Shown here: positions 1 through 11,245 of the stretch, in pieces | Numbering within the stretch: position 1 is the stretch's first letter | Layout: each line of letters opens with the position of its first letter | The notes under the pieces: model-generated | The model's database searches: none | What the model was told of the DNA's origin: nothing | The model's input: only the letters and a program-made list of their open reading frames with translations | Origin: Gammaproteobacteria bacterium | GTDB lineage: Bacteria > Pseudomonadota > Gammaproteobacteria > CAJXQU01 | Reading direction: 5' to 3' | NCBI GenBank assembly: GCA_965238175.1 | Contig: CBDEGZ010000003.1 | Location: 2,368,001 to 2,432,000, forward strand | Length of the DNA: 64,000 bases | Made by a program: the position numbers and the translations under genes

Positions 1-1
1 T

Positions 2-901
2 GTGTTTGAAGATTATCCATTAGAAGAGCTTAGAGAATTTATCGACTGGACGCCTTTTTTTATCGCTTGGGAACTGGCAGGTAGATACCCGCGCATCTTG
101 GGCGATAAAATTGTCGGGGAAGAAGCGACCAAATTATTCAATGACGCACAGGCTATGCTGGATAAAATTATTGAGGAAAAATGGTTCACCGCCAACGGCG
201 TGATCGGCCTCTTCCCAGCAAATACGACTGGTGACGATATAGAACTCTATACAGATGACACACGTAAGGGTGAACTCGCGATCATTCATTCGCTAAGACA
301 ACAAACGCAAAAACCACCCGGCCAACCTAACTTTGCTCTGGCAGATTTTGTTGGGCCACACGAAGAGCATGTCAAAGATCACATCGGTGCTTTTGCAGTT
401 GCCGCAGGTTTTGGAATGGAAGCAAAAATCGAAGAATTCGAAAAAGATCATGATGACTACAGCGCGATTATGCTCAAAGCTCTGGCTGATCGATTTGCTG
501 AAGCTTTTGCAGAAAGAATACATCAACGTGTGCGTAAAGAATTCTGGGGATATGTCAGTGACGAAGGACTAGGAAATGACGATTTGATCAATGAAAAATA
601 CCAGGGGATTCGACCTGCTCCTGGTTACCCAGCCTGCCCCGATCACACAGAAAAACCATTGCTTTGGGAACTGTTAGATGTAGAAAAAAATACCGGTATT
701 ACCCTTACCGAACATCATGCAATGGTTCCTACAGCGGCCGTTAGCGGTTGGTACTTTTCACACCCTGATTCCAGATATTTTGGATTAAGTATGATCAATC
801 GTGATCAGGTCGCAGATTATGCTCGCCGTAAAGGATTTGATGTCAAAGCAATGGAACGATGGTTAGCCCCTAATCTTGGATATGACGAGGCAGATGGATA
901 G
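2..901 (+). CDS. metH: Cobalamin-dependent methionine synthase, C-terminal activation domain (5'-truncated by window edge)
   Basis: Motifs [53 protein letters not shown]. Confidence 0.97.
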   Translation: MFEDYPLEELREFIDWTPFFIAWELAGRYPRILGDKIVGEEATKLFNDAQAMLDKIIEEKWFTANGVIGLFPANTTGDDIELYTDDTRKGELAIIHSLRQQTQKPPGQPNFALADFVGPHEEHVKDHIGAFAVAAGFGMEAKIEEFEKDHDDYSAIMLKALADRFAEAFAERIHQRVRKEFWGYVSDEGLGNDDLINEKYQGIRPAPGYPACPDHTEKPLLWELLDVEKNTGITLTEHHAMVPTAAVSGWYFSHPDSRYFGLSMINRDQVADYARRKGFDVKAMERWLAPNLGYDEADG

Positions 902-963
902 GTTATGTACAAACCAATATTTTCTCATCTGATAAATTCTACTCTACTCATCAAGTCGAACCT

Positions 964-1800
964 CTAGTGTTTTATTTCTGGAGCAAACAATAAAGGATCA
1001 ACCATCGTGTTATTCAAAATCACACTCCAATGTAAATGTGGTCCTGTTACTCGTCCAGTCATACCTACCTTGCCGATAAAATCACCCACCGCTACGATAT
1101 CTCCTACTGCGGAATCAATTTCGCTCAAATGACAGTACATGGTGATCATCCCCCACCCATGATCAATAAATACCGTTTTACCATTGAAGAAGTAATCTCC
1201 CGTATTTATCACCTTTCCCGACGCTGCTGCCGCAATCGGCGTTCCTGTCGGCGATGTTATATCCAAACCACTATGCGGTCGCCGAGCTTGTTCATTAAAA
1301 AAACGTTTCAAACCAAAGGGACTACTAAAACGACCAGTAACAGGAAGTTTTAATTTCAATGAAGGATATCTATCAACACTCCAAAAAGATTTTGCAGATT
1401 TGATCTGTTTAGATTCTTTATTGATTCGGTTTAGATCTTGTTGATTGGGATCCACCTTTCGTTTGTTTTTGATCGTCAAATACTGTGCCTTATATTTTTT
1501 ATCCTTAACTGTGAATTTATGAACAACTTCTTGCTGGTCAATTCTTACTTTCAAACTATGTTCTCCGGGTGAGGCGGATAGCGGGATCCCAATGATAGCG
1601 ATCCAAACTTGATCTTTATGATCAGGAAGAACCATTACTTTTTGATCTTCATACCATGCTTGTGGTTGGGATTTCGATTTAATAGAAATGATTACAACAC
1701 CACCAGGAACACTGCTCGCGGTAAAAGCATGCAAATTACATGATATAAATATTGAGAGTAAAAAAAATCCGAAGGCATTTTTTGATAACAGTTGTTGCAT
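964..1800 (-). CDS. M23 family metallopeptidase, exported
   Basis: Signal-peptide-like N-terminus; HSGLD and TGRVTGPHLHW zinc motifs. Confidence 0.92.
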   Translation of the reverse strand: MQQLLSKNAFGFFLLSIFISCNLHAFTASSVPGGVVIISIKSKSQPQAWYEDQKVMVLPDHKDQVWIAIIGIPLSASPGEHSLKVRIDQQEVVHKFTVKDKKYKAQYLTIKNKRKVDPNQQDLNRINKESKQIKSAKSFWSVDRYPSLKLKLPVTGRFSSPFGLKRFFNEQARRPHSGLDITSPTGTPIAAAASGKVINTGDYFFNGKTVFIDHGWGMITMYCHLSEIDSAVGDIVAVGDFIGKVGMTGRVTGPHLHWSVILNNTMVDPLLFAPEIKH

Positions 1801-1855
1801 AGAACTGAACTTCTCTATCTAAGAAATACGTGCCAATAATACACGATAATAAAGT

Positions 1856-1885
1856 AACCCCACCGACTAAAAGCAGGTGGGGCTT
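1856..1885 (-). terminator. Probable intrinsic terminator of the DUF533-like gene
   Basis: CCCCACC/GGTGGGG stem just downstream of the 1900 stop, followed by a U-rich tract on the - strand. Confidence 0.55.
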
Positions 1886-1899
1886 TTCCAAAACATTAT

Positions 1900-2826
1900 C
1901 TATGAATAAAGAACTGGCGCACCTAGTTTTTGATGAATGCTATTACTTTCTTGCTGTGAAATATTTAAACCTTGTGCAAGTTGATCCAGATAATTTGCTT
2001 CTTTCTGAGAATCAAGATCAATCGCAAGTAAAGACATAAAGTAGGCTTGTTGCTCCATGCCATTTGGAATGCTTCTCACCAGTCCTTTAAGATCGCTCGG
2101 TTCTTGCATAATAGATCTAACAAGATCTAATTCATCCTGTGTTACATCTTCCAAATGTTCGGAAATTTTTTGTTGTTCCTCTGCATCAATATCGCCATCT
2201 GCTTTCGCCGCATTGATCATTGCACGTAACATCACTTCCGCTTGTTGTTCTTGCTCATGTGTTGGTTGAACAGATTGCTTTCCTTGCAGCACATCATTTA
2301 ACAAGCCTCCTAATCCACTCGATGATGCTTTTGATCCACCACCCAATGAATCGAGAATACCCCCAAGACTCCCTCCCTGGCCTTGTCCTTCAGCGCCTCC
2401 TAACATTCCGGCCAGATCACCTAGTCCACCGCCGGATGATCCACCACTCATTGAACCTATAAGATCGCCTAAACCGCCTAATCCGCCTTGTCCTCCTGAG
2501 GATTTTTGGTTCTTCGTTAACCCTTCAATTAAGTCGCCTAAGCCACCACTGGCACTACCGCCCGAACTTTGTCCACCAAGCAACCCGCCAAGTACGTCAC
2601 CTAAACCTCCTCCGCCACTTGATTTTTGACCTCCAAGCAGCCCGCCAAGTAAACCACCCAAATCACCACCTGAATTGCTATTGGATTTTTGACCGCCTAA
2701 AAGACCACCAAGCAAACCACCAAGGCCACTTCCGCCACTTTGACTACCACCACCCGCCATTTTACCAACTGCTTTAGCCACCATCATTCCGACAGCCATT
2801 TTTCCTAATGTTTTGACCAGACTCAT
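1900..2826 (-). CDS. DUF533/TerB-like protein with long Gly-rich N-terminal region
   Basis: C-terminal LRAMINAAKADGDIDAEEQQKI and Y.MSLLAIDLD...E.NYLDQLA; repeated GGLLGGLLGGQ. Confidence 0.85.
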   Translation of the reverse strand: MSLVKTLGKMAVGMMVAKAVGKMAGGGSQSGGSGLGGLLGGLLGGQKSNSNSGGDLGGLLGGLLGGQKSSGGGGLGDVLGGLLGGQSSGGSASGGLGDLIEGLTKNQKSSGGQGGLGGLGDLIGSMSGGSSGGGLGDLAGMLGGAEGQGQGGSLGGILDSLGGGSKASSSGLGGLLNDVLQGKQSVQPTHEQEQQAEVMLRAMINAAKADGDIDAEEQQKISEHLEDVTQDELDLVRSIMQEPSDLKGLVRSIPNGMEQQAYFMSLLAIDLDSQKEANYLDQLAQGLNISQQESNSIHQKLGAPVLYS

Positions 2827-2935
2827 AAAACTACTCCCAACTTAATTTTTATAATTTAAAGATCTTCCAATTTAACTACACTACTAGCATATGCCTTTGT
2901 ATGTTTATTTAGCAAATTATTATGTGTCATTGCCA

Positions 2936-4333
2936 TTATTTTTTATCTTGTACTTCTTCACTTAAACACTCATCAACCGTACATCTGAGATTACCAGAAG
3001 CCAGTTTTGCAATGACTTTTTCTCCAGGATTAATATCACTGGCTGAACGGATAATTGCATTATTGTCAGTTTGAATTATCGAATATCCGCGTTCTAAAGT
3101 TGCTAGTGGACTAACGGTGTTTAATGTTCTTGCCGTTTCTGCCAACGTCGCATTTAGCTTTTCAAGACATCTTTCCATCGCCGATTTCAATCGTACTTTA
3201 TATTGCAGACAACGCTCTTTTTTAATCGCAATCACATTTTCTGGATTCTGTTGTTTTAAATCTGCAATGACATTACTAAGACAAATTCGTTTTTGATCGA
3301 AACTCATTCTAATCGCCGCATTAGCTCTAAACCCAAGATCATCTAACCGTTGTGATAAATCTTCTAATCGACGACCAGGATCAACCAAACGTTTTTCTAG
3401 CCAACAAACATTTTGCCCAAACTGAGCAATTTTGTCGCTAATATGATCATGAAACCAGGCTTGAAAACCTTGAAGATTTTGCCGTAACTTTTCCTGATCC
3501 TGGCTGATCAATTCTGCAGCTGCAGAAGGGGTCGGTGCGCGAACATCTGCAACGAAATCAGCAATGGTAAAATCAACCTCGTGCCCTACGCCAGAAATAA
3601 TCGGGACGTCACAGTCATAGATTGCTCTCGCGACAACTTCTTCATTAAAAGCCCACAGATCTTCTAACGAACCACCTCCACGTGTGACGAGCAACACATC
3701 ACACTCTTGACGTTCAGCCGCAAGATAGATCATTCGGGCAATAGAGTGACCAGCAGAATCTCCCTGAACCTGAGTTGGGTAGATGATCACCTCTAGCGCA
3801 GGGAAGCGTCGTTTTAATACGCTAATAATATCTCTCACCGCAGCGCCAGTCGCGGATGTAATAATACCAACACATTCAGGAAATAAAGGTAATCGCTGTT
3901 TTGAATCCAAATCAAAAAGCCCCTCCTTATCAAGTTTTTCTTTCAACTGATCAAAAGCCAGTTGCAAGGCACCTTCACCGGATGGCTCTAATCGATCTGC
4001 GATCAACTGGAATTCACCACGCCCCTCGTAGAGACTAATACGTGCGTAAATCATTACCTGCATGCCATTTTCCGGCTGAAACTTGAGTAAATTATTACGC
4101 CCGCGAAACATCGCACATCGAACTTGTGATTTTGAATCCTTCAGGGAGAAATAAAGATGACCAGACGCAGGTTGCGCAAGATTCGAAATCTCGCCTTCTA
4201 CCCATGTCATTGGAAAACTCCCTTCAAGAATTGATTTTGCTTCTCGATTGAGTTGTGAGACTGAGTAGATCTCGCCTGTTCCCCTACCAGTACCCATCTC
4301 TGTTCCCACCTTTATCGATATGGTTAATACCAT
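2936..4333 (-). CDS. xseA: Exodeoxyribonuclease VII large subunit (true start may be a few codons downstream)
   Basis: WVEGEISN..SGHLYFSLKD, RGGGSLEDLWAFNEE, SGVGHEVD, SPLATLERGYS; divergent from guaB. Confidence 0.97.
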   Translation of the reverse strand: MVLTISIKVGTEMGTGRGTGEIYSVSQLNREAKSILEGSFPMTWVEGEISNLAQPASGHLYFSLKDSKSQVRCAMFRGRNNLLKFQPENGMQVMIYARISLYEGRGEFQLIADRLEPSGEGALQLAFDQLKEKLDKEGLFDLDSKQRLPLFPECVGIITSATGAAVRDIISVLKRRFPALEVIIYPTQVQGDSAGHSIARMIYLAAERQECDVLLVTRGGGSLEDLWAFNEEVVARAIYDCDVPIISGVGHEVDFTIADFVADVRAPTPSAAAELISQDQEKLRQNLQGFQAWFHDHISDKIAQFGQNVCWLEKRLVDPGRRLEDLSQRLDDLGFRANAAIRMSFDQKRICLSNVIADLKQQNPENVIAIKKERCLQYKVRLKSAMERCLEKLNATLAETARTLNTVSPLATLERGYSIIQTDNNAIIRSASDINPGEKVIAKLASGNLRCTVDECLSEEVQDKK

Positions 4334-4439
4334 TTTCAGAATTCATCAATTAGATGATAAATGCTCTATAGAAGAAGAACAATAAAGCACGTTATAATAA
4401 GCTGCTTTTTACACCAACTTAATACAGAGTTATCTGAAT

Positions 4440-5906
4440 ATGCGAATTAATGGTGAAGCACTAACCTTTGATGATGTTCTGCTGGTTCCAGCCTACTCCA
4501 ATCTCTTACCACGCGATGCTAGCCTGGTCACTAAACTAACACGAGAGATTGATCTAAATATACCGATCATCTCTGCTGCAATGGATACCGTAACGGAACA
4601 CCGTTTGGCCATCTCTCTAGCACAACAAGGTGGCATTGGGATTATCCATAAAAACCTCAATATTTCTCAGCAAGCCAGCGAAGTCAGAAAGGTCAAAAAA
4701 TATGAAAGTGGTGTTGTAGATGATCCTGTTACCGTCACGGCTGATACCACTATTCAAGAAGTACTTGATCTTACTAATCGTTATCATATTTCAGGTATGC
4801 CGGTCGTTGATGGCGAAGATCTAGTCGGTATTGTTACCAGTCGTGATCTTCGTTTTGAAACAGATCTGGGGAAACCCGTTGCCAGTATCATGACTGGAAA
4901 AGACAGACTGGTAACGGTTAAAGAAGGTGCTAGTCAGGCAGAGGCCATCGAAAAACTTCAACAACATCGCATAGAAAAAGTATTAGTCGTTAATGAAGAA
5001 TTTCATCTTCGCGGTTTGATCACGGTTAAAGATCTACGCAAATCAGATAAATATCCAAATGCCTGTAAAGACGATCACGAAAGCTTGCGCGTTGGCGCCG
5101 CTGTCGGAACCGGCGAAGGTACTCATGAAAGAATCGAAGCACTGATTGACGCAGGTGTTGATGTGATTGTAGTGGATACTGCCCACGGTCATTCGCAAGG
5201 TGTTCTGGACATGGTTGCTTGGGCAAAGAAAAACCATGGTCAGGATGTGCAGATTATAGGTGGTAATGTAGCAACTAGCGCAGCAGCAATGGCTCTGGTC
5301 GAAGCGGGTGCCGATGCGGTCAAAGTCGGTATTGGTCCTGGATCAATCTGTACCACCCGAATTGTAACTGGCATAGGCGTACCTCAAATCACAGCAATCA
5401 ATGATGTAGTTCAAGCATTGACTGGTACTGGCATTCCAATGATTGCTGACGGTGGCATCAGATTTTCAGGCGATATTGCCAAGGCAATCGTCGCCGGTGC
5501 TCATAGTATTATGGTCGGCGGTCTCTTTGCTGGAACCGAAGAAGCACCAGGAGAGATTGAACTGTTTCAAGGTCGTTCTTATAAATCATACCGCGGTATG
5601 GGTTCTCTGGGTGCGATGTCGCAAACACATGGCTCATCTGATCGCTACTTCCAGGAGAATGATGAGATAGAAAAATTGGTTCCCGAGGGCATTGAAGGTC
5701 GTGTTCCATACAAAGGCCCACTGTCAGCAGTTGTGCATCAAATGTTAGGTGGTATCCGTGCAGCGATGGGTTATACCGGTTGTTCAAATATGGAAGAAAT
5801 GCGTACCAAGCCCGAGTTTGTCCGCGTCTCACCAGCAGGTATGCGTGAAAGTCATGCACATGACGTGACCATCACAAAAGAACCACCTAATTATCGCCAA
5901 ACTTAA
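4440..5906 (+). CDS. guaB: IMP dehydrogenase
   Basis: [13 protein letters not shown] pair, [20 protein letters not shown]. Confidence 0.99.
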   Translation: MRINGEALTFDDVLLVPAYSNLLPRDASLVTKLTREIDLNIPIISAAMDTVTEHRLAISLAQQGGIGIIHKNLNISQQASEVRKVKKYESGVVDDPVTVTADTTIQEVLDLTNRYHISGMPVVDGEDLVGIVTSRDLRFETDLGKPVASIMTGKDRLVTVKEGASQAEAIEKLQQHRIEKVLVVNEEFHLRGLITVKDLRKSDKYPNACKDDHESLRVGAAVGTGEGTHERIEALIDAGVDVIVVDTAHGHSQGVLDMVAWAKKNHGQDVQIIGGNVATSAAAMALVEAGADAVKVGIGPGSICTTRIVTGIGVPQITAINDVVQALTGTGIPMIADGGIRFSGDIAKAIVAGAHSIMVGGLFAGTEEAPGEIELFQGRSYKSYRGMGSLGAMSQTHGSSDRYFQENDEIEKLVPEGIEGRVPYKGPLSAVVHQMLGGIRAAMGYTGCSNMEEMRTKPEFVRVSPAGMRESHAHDVTITKEPPNYRQT

Positions 5907-5971
5907 CCTGATAAAAACTATCAATCAGGCAATATTCTTAACTAGCCAATGATCTTAAAACAGAGATTATC

Positions 5972-7543
5972 ATGACAGACATACACGCTGATCGAATCCT
6001 TATACTGGATTTCGGATCTCAATATACACAATTAATTGCTCGTCGCGTTCGCGAGGCAGGGGTTTATTGTGAACTGCACCCATATGATCTTTCAGAAGAT
6101 GCGATACGAGAACTGGCACCCAAAGGGATCATTCTTTCAGGTGGACCTGAATCTGTTATTGATGCAGACATAAGCGCACCTCAAGCCGTCTTTGATGCTG
6201 GCATTCCCGTACTCGGAATTTGTTATGGTATGCAAACCATGGCCGCACAACTGGGTGGCAAAGTTGAAAAATCAAATCACCGTGAATTTGGTTATGCCCA
6301 AGTTCGCGCACGCGGTCATTCATCCTTACTAAAAGAAATCGAAGATCACACTACACCTGAAGGTTGGGGCATGCTCGATGTCTGGATGAGCCACGGTGAT
6401 CGGGTCACAACACTCCCTGAAGGTTTCAAAGTAATCGCTTCTACCGATAGCGCACCTATCGCCGGTATGGCCGATGAAGATCGACATTTCTACGCTTTAC
6501 AATTTCATCCTGAGGTCACCCATACCAGGCAAGGCATGAGAATTCTCAGCCGTTTCTTACATGAAATTTGTGGTTGCGAAAGTGTTTGGACCACCGAAAA
6601 TATTATTGAAAATAATATTGATCAAATTCAACAACAAGTTGGAACGGACAAAGTATTACTTGGCCTTTCTGGTGGCGTAGATTCTTCAGTTGTTGCCGCC
6701 CTGCTCCATCGTGCGATCGGTGATCAATTAACCTGTGTGTTTGTTGATAATGGCTTGCTACGTTTGAATGAGGGCGATCAGGTTATGACCACTTTTGCTG
6801 AGCATATGGGTGTAAAAGTGATTCGAGTTGATGCTGAAAATAGATTCCTTGATGGATTGAAGGGTGAATCGGATCCAGAAAAAAAACGCGTCATCATCGG
6901 CAATATTTTCATACAAATATTTGAAGAAGAAGCACGCAAATTAAAAGACGTGAAATGGCTGGCCCAGGGAACCATTTATCCAGATGTGATTGAATCGGCT
7001 GGCTCAAAAACTGGCAAAGCACATGTGATCAAATCACACCATAATGTTGGTGGCTTGCCTGAAGATATGGAACTCGATCTGGTCGAACCATTGCGTGAAT
7101 TATTTAAAGATGAAGTGCGCAAAATGGGTGTTGAACTCGGCCTGCCTTCAGAAATGATCTACCGTCATCCATTCCCAGGCCCAGGCCTTGGTGTGCGTAT
7201 TTTAGGCGAAGTGAAAAAAAACTATGCCGATATTTTACGACAAGCAGATGCAATTTATATGGAAGAACTTTATAAAGCCGATTTGTATGACAAAGTTAGT
7301 CAAGCCTTTGCTGTATTCCTTCCGGTAAAATCTGTTGGCGTAACCGGTGACAGCAGAAACTATAGTTATGTAATTGCATTAAGAGCCGTTGAAACAGTCG
7401 ATTTTATGACCGCGCACTGGGCACATTTACCCTATGATTTACTCGATCTTTTATCTCGACGGATCATTAATGAAATCCCAAATGTGTCACGCGTTGTCTA
7501 TGACATTTCAGGTAAACCACCTGCGACTATTGAGTGGGAATAG
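5972..7543 (+). CDS. guaA: GMP synthase (glutamine-hydrolysing)
   Basis: [41 protein letters not shown]. Confidence 0.99.
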   Translation: MTDIHADRILILDFGSQYTQLIARRVREAGVYCELHPYDLSEDAIRELAPKGIILSGGPESVIDADISAPQAVFDAGIPVLGICYGMQTMAAQLGGKVEKSNHREFGYAQVRARGHSSLLKEIEDHTTPEGWGMLDVWMSHGDRVTTLPEGFKVIASTDSAPIAGMADEDRHFYALQFHPEVTHTRQGMRILSRFLHEICGCESVWTTENIIENNIDQIQQQVGTDKVLLGLSGGVDSSVVAALLHRAIGDQLTCVFVDNGLLRLNEGDQVMTTFAEHMGVKVIRVDAENRFLDGLKGESDPEKKRVIIGNIFIQIFEEEARKLKDVKWLAQGTIYPDVIESAGSKTGKAHVIKSHHNVGGLPEDMELDLVEPLRELFKDEVRKMGVELGLPSEMIYRHPFPGPGLGVRILGEVKKNYADILRQADAIYMEELYKADLYDKVSQAFAVFLPVKSVGVTGDSRNYSYVIALRAVETVDFMTAHWAHLPYDLLDLLSRRIINEIPNVSRVVYDISGKPPATIEWE

Positions 7544-7700
7544 TTTTCCAAGACTCAAAAATACTGATTTCATCACTTACAATTACTAAAATATTTCAAA
7601 GTAACCAGAATCCCGTTTGGGTAAATGCTAATTTAAACCAAGCAACTTAAACAAGATAGATTTAATTTACAAAAAACTAGCAAGTACATATTCTCAATAA

Positions 7701-8168
7701 ATGGAAATAACAACAAACCTAGAGACCGATCAAAAATGGATGCAATCCGCTATCGTTCTAGCACAAAAAGCTGAGACATTAGGTGAAGTGCCCGTTGGTG
7801 CAGTTATCGTAAAAGAAAATCGCCTCGTTGGTAGTGGTTGGAATAGTCCAATTGCAAACCACGATCCAAGCGCCCATGCAGAAATTATTGCGTTACGTAG
7901 TGCTGCGCAAAGTCTACAAAATTATCGTCTCCCTAGCACAACTCTCTACGTCACATTAGAACCCTGTAGTATGTGTGCAGGTGCAATTATTCATGCGAGA
8001 GTCGCAAGAGTAGTTTTCGGGGCCTATGATCAAAGATCTGGTGCTGCTGGAAGTGTTTTTGATATTTTAGGTACAGACAAATTAAATTATAAAGTAGATG
8101 TATTAAGTGGCGTCATGCAAGAACAATGTGCAGATATTTTAAAATCATTTTTCAAAAATAAACGGTGA
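7701..8168 (+). CDS. tadA: tRNA adenosine(34) deaminase
   Basis: GEVPVGAV, HAE, TLEPC..CAGA. Confidence 0.96.
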   Translation: MEITTNLETDQKWMQSAIVLAQKAETLGEVPVGAVIVKENRLVGSGWNSPIANHDPSAHAEIIALRSAAQSLQNYRLPSTTLYVTLEPCSMCAGAIIHARVARVVFGAYDQRSGAAGSVFDILGTDKLNYKVDVLSGVMQEQCADILKSFFKNKR

Positions 8169-8437
8169 AAAAATTGACTAATAAGAATATAAAGGGTCTT
8201 AGCCTTTATCAAACAAATATATGCCCTTATTGCATAGCAACTCGCCGAGCAATAGAACGACTAGGTATAAATATTGAGATACGCGATACATTAAGAGTTC
8301 AGAAAAACAAGCATGAATTAATCTCTAAAGGTGGCAAAAGCCAGGTACCTTGTTTAAGAATTGAACAAGATGGCTCGACACGGTGGATGTATGAGTCTGC
8401 AGATATTATTCAATACTTAAACCAGAAGTATGGTTGA
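8165..8437 (+). CDS. Glutaredoxin / GST-N-like protein
   Basis: CPYC, GGK.QVPCLRI, MYES.DII. Confidence 0.88.
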   Translation: MKKLTNKNIKGLSLYQTNICPYCIATRRAIERLGINIEIRDTLRVQKNKHELISKGGKSQVPCLRIEQDGSTRWMYESADIIQYLNQKYG

Positions 8438-8449
8438 TATTTTAATTCC

Positions 8450-8677
8450 ATGTTTGAAAAAGAAAATTTAATAAAACTCGCAAAATTCGAAATGCCTTTC
8501 GGGAAATATAAAGGCAGACGTTTAATCGACTTGCCCGAAAACTATTTACTCTGGTTTTCTGAAAAAGGATTTCCTGAAGGCCAATTAGGAATGTTGATGG
8601 CACTGACACTTGAAATAAAAATTAATGGCCTGGAATATTTGATCGAGCCTTTGAAAAAATCACCAACTATACATTAG
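8450..8677 (+). CDS. DUF3820-family small protein
   Basis: MPFGKYKGRRLIDLPE.YLLWF...GFP.G.LG. Confidence 0.85.
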   Translation: MFEKENLIKLAKFEMPFGKYKGRRLIDLPENYLLWFSEKGFPEGQLGMLMALTLEIKINGLEYLIEPLKKSPTIH

Positions 8678-8684
8678 GAATAAA

Positions 8685-9029
8685 ATGCAAAAAGAACAAT
8701 TAATTAATTTGATCAAAACTGATCCTCAATCAATCGAATTCAATAATGTAATCGAAACCATTAGTCAACATTATCATTACGCACCTACCCGTTTTACCAA
8801 TGGCGAGGTCGTTAACGAAAATGGAACGAATGAAGGCTCATGCAAAATATTTTCTTTTGCGCAGCTAAACAATTTGAATGAACAAGAAACACTTACCTGT
8901 TTTGGAAAGTATTATCGAGAAGATGTTTTAGCCCATCCAGAAAGAACAGATCACACAAACATTCGCACTTTTATGCAATCAGGTTGGGAAGGAATTCGTT
9001 TTGAAACCCAAGTTTTATTAGAAAAATAA
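8685..9029 (+). CDS. HopJ-family protein
   Basis: Y.PT.F.NG...N..G.NEGSCKIF.FA, FG.YYREDVL.HP...H.NIR.F. Confidence 0.88.
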   Translation: MQKEQLINLIKTDPQSIEFNNVIETISQHYHYAPTRFTNGEVVNENGTNEGSCKIFSFAQLNNLNEQETLTCFGKYYREDVLAHPERTDHTNIRTFMQSGWEGIRFETQVLLEK

Positions 9030-9059
9030 TTTCCTACATATACAATTAAAAAAATAGAC

Positions 9060-9770
9060 ATGAACAAAAGTATTGTTACGAATCTTATCGCGCTTTGTAT
9101 CATCATTGCCGGTTTTTATTCACCCATTCATCCTGAAATATTACTTTCCATTGGTTTATTTGCGCTATCAGGTGCTATAACAAATTGGTTAGCAATTCAT
9201 ATGCTATTTGAGAAAGTCCCTTTCTTATATGGATCAGGTGTCATCCCAAATCAGTTCGAAGAATTTAAATCAGGTATTAAAAACCTGATTATGGAACAAT
9301 TCTTCACCCAAGATAATATTCAGCGCTTTATAAAAAATGAGGAAGAATCGGCTGGCACTGTATTGGATTTATCACCCGTTCTGGATGCAGTTGATTACGA
9401 TAAAATTTTTCAATCATTTCTAGAGGCAATCAACAACTCTTCCCTTGGCTCTATGTTAGCCATGATTGGCGGCACAGGAGCACTCGAACCTTTACGCGAA
9501 CCTGTTTCAGAAAAAATGCGATCAGCTTTAAAAGAAATGACTGAAAGCGACGGTTTTCAAAATACATTACATGCCAGTTTTAATACTGATAAATTGGGAG
9601 GTGATATCAGTGGAAAAATAAGTACTGTTGTTGTTTCAAGATTAAACGAACTTACACCGCAATTAGTCAAAGAAATTGTTCAAAAAATGATCAAAAAGCA
9701 TCTTGGCTGGTTGGTTGTTTGGGGTGGTGTGTTTGGTGGCCTGATTGGATTTATAGCCAGTTTCATTTAA
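9060..9770 (+). CDS. DUF445-family membrane protein
   Basis: GAITNWLAIHMLFEKVP; C-terminal HLGWLVVWGGVFGGLIG. Confidence 0.85.
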   Translation: MNKSIVTNLIALCIIIAGFYSPIHPEILLSIGLFALSGAITNWLAIHMLFEKVPFLYGSGVIPNQFEEFKSGIKNLIMEQFFTQDNIQRFIKNEEESAGTVLDLSPVLDAVDYDKIFQSFLEAINNSSLGSMLAMIGGTGALEPLREPVSEKMRSALKEMTESDGFQNTLHASFNTDKLGGDISGKISTVVVSRLNELTPQLVKEIVQKMIKKHLGWLVVWGGVFGGLIGFIASFI

Positions 9771-9788
9771 GCAGGGCACTTACTTCAA

Positions 9789-11186
9789 ATGAAATTTTCT
9801 GAACTCTCTTCTCTACAAAAAAGTGCATTGATAATGGTTTTGATCAACGCATTTGCGACACCGCTAATGCTCTCTTCAGTTAATGTAGCATTACCCTTAA
9901 TTGCAAAAGATCTAAACATGAATGCGGTTCTTCTAAGTTGGGTTCCTATGATCTACTTAATGGCAAGTGCTATGTTTGTATTAATCTTTGGTCGCCTTGC
10001 CGACATGCTCGGTAGAAAAAAAATATTTTTGATCGGAACCATTTCAGCTATCATTACTTCTATTGGCGCAGCGCTTTCACAATCTGGCGAGATATTGCTC
10101 TTGTTTCGCTTCTTACAAGGGCTGAGCGCAGCAATGCTCTATGCTACACAAGTTGCGATTATTTCATCTGTCTTCCCGCCTCAAAAACGTGGAGGAGCAA
10201 TCGGTCTGATGATTTCAATTCTTTATTTTGGTCTGGCTGCTGGTCCATTCTTCGGTGGGCTTTTGGTCGAACAATTTAATTGGCGTGCCTGTTTTATATT
10301 ACATATTCCATTGGCATTAATTGTTACCTACCTTGGCCTTAAGAAAGTATCGGGTGATTGGTCTGATCAAGAATCTACGCAATCTATAAGGGATCTGGAT
10401 TTGCAAGGTACATCTGTTTACGGGCTTGCCATTGTTGCACTTTCCGTTGGTGTTTCTAGCCTTCCCTCCCTGTCCAGTTTTATAATGATTTTACTTGGCG
10501 CACTGGGTCTTTATTTATTTATAAAAATCGAAAAAGTCGTCAAGCACCCACTTTTTAATATCCGTCTTTTTTCAAATAATCGCGTCTTTACCTTATCGTG
10601 TCTCGCTTCATTATTAATGTACACCGCGACTTTTGCGAATGTAGTACTTGTTAGTTTATACCTCCAATATCTGAAAGGTTATTCACCCAGCACAACAGGA
10701 TTAATTATGATCACTCAGCCATTAATGATGGCATTCGTCTCGCCTCTTTCCGGTCGACTTTCTGATCGCATAGAACCACGTGTTATAGCCTCGTATGGAA
10801 TTGCTTTGACAATTATGGGGTTAGTACTACTCGCATCACTTAATTCGGAAAGTTCAGATACAGTTTTGATCTTTGCATTAATGACTACAGGTGCTGGGTT
10901 TGGCTTGTTCTCATCACCAAATGTTAATGCGATTATGGGATCAGTCAATAAATCGCAATACGGGATCGCAGCAGGTATAAATGCAACCATGCGGGTCGTT
11001 GGTCAAATGACAAGCATGATCATGGTGACTTTAGTCATGAGTTTGTTACTTGGCGCTGTTGAGATCACACCTGAAAATTATGATCAGTTAAGTAATGTGA
11101 TCCGCTCCTCTTTTTTGATCGCAGCAGTGATTTGTTTACCCGCAATTTACTTCTCACTGTTTCGAGGTCGAATGCGAGAAGTTTAA
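9789..11186 (+). CDS. MFS transporter (DHA2/EmrB-QacA-like)
   Basis: Many TM segments; GRLAD.LGRKK and GRLSDRI motif-A repeats. Confidence 0.92.
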   Translation: MKFSELSSLQKSALIMVLINAFATPLMLSSVNVALPLIAKDLNMNAVLLSWVPMIYLMASAMFVLIFGRLADMLGRKKIFLIGTISAIITSIGAALSQSGEILLLFRFLQGLSAAMLYATQVAIISSVFPPQKRGGAIGLMISILYFGLAAGPFFGGLLVEQFNWRACFILHIPLALIVTYLGLKKVSGDWSDQESTQSIRDLDLQGTSVYGLAIVALSVGVSSLPSLSSFIMILLGALGLYLFIKIEKVVKHPLFNIRLFSNNRVFTLSCLASLLMYTATFANVVLVSLYLQYLKGYSPSTTGLIMITQPLMMAFVSPLSGRLSDRIEPRVIASYGIALTIMGLVLLASLNSESSDTVLIFALMTTGAGFGLFSSPNVNAIMGSVNKSQYGIAAGINATMRVVGQMTSMIMVTLVMSLLLGAVEITPENYDQLSNVIRSSFLIAAVICLPAIYFSLFRGRMREV

Positions 11187-11245
11187 AACATATGTAGTAT
11201 CGCCCTTTAAGAAACGATAATAATGTTAGCTAGATTAGGATTATA

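Noticed and set aside
1856-1885. IS200/IS605-type end hairpin
   Set aside because: Only superficial resemblance; no tnpA or tnpB nearby, and the position fits a terminator.
7530-7700. Genomic island at the guaA 3' end, a known integration hotspot
   Set aside because: No integrase and no duplicated att seen; tadA follows directly.
8685-9029. Type III effector or virulence locus suggested by the HopJ name
   Set aside because: The family is widespread in non-pathogens; the only type III genes here are flagellar.
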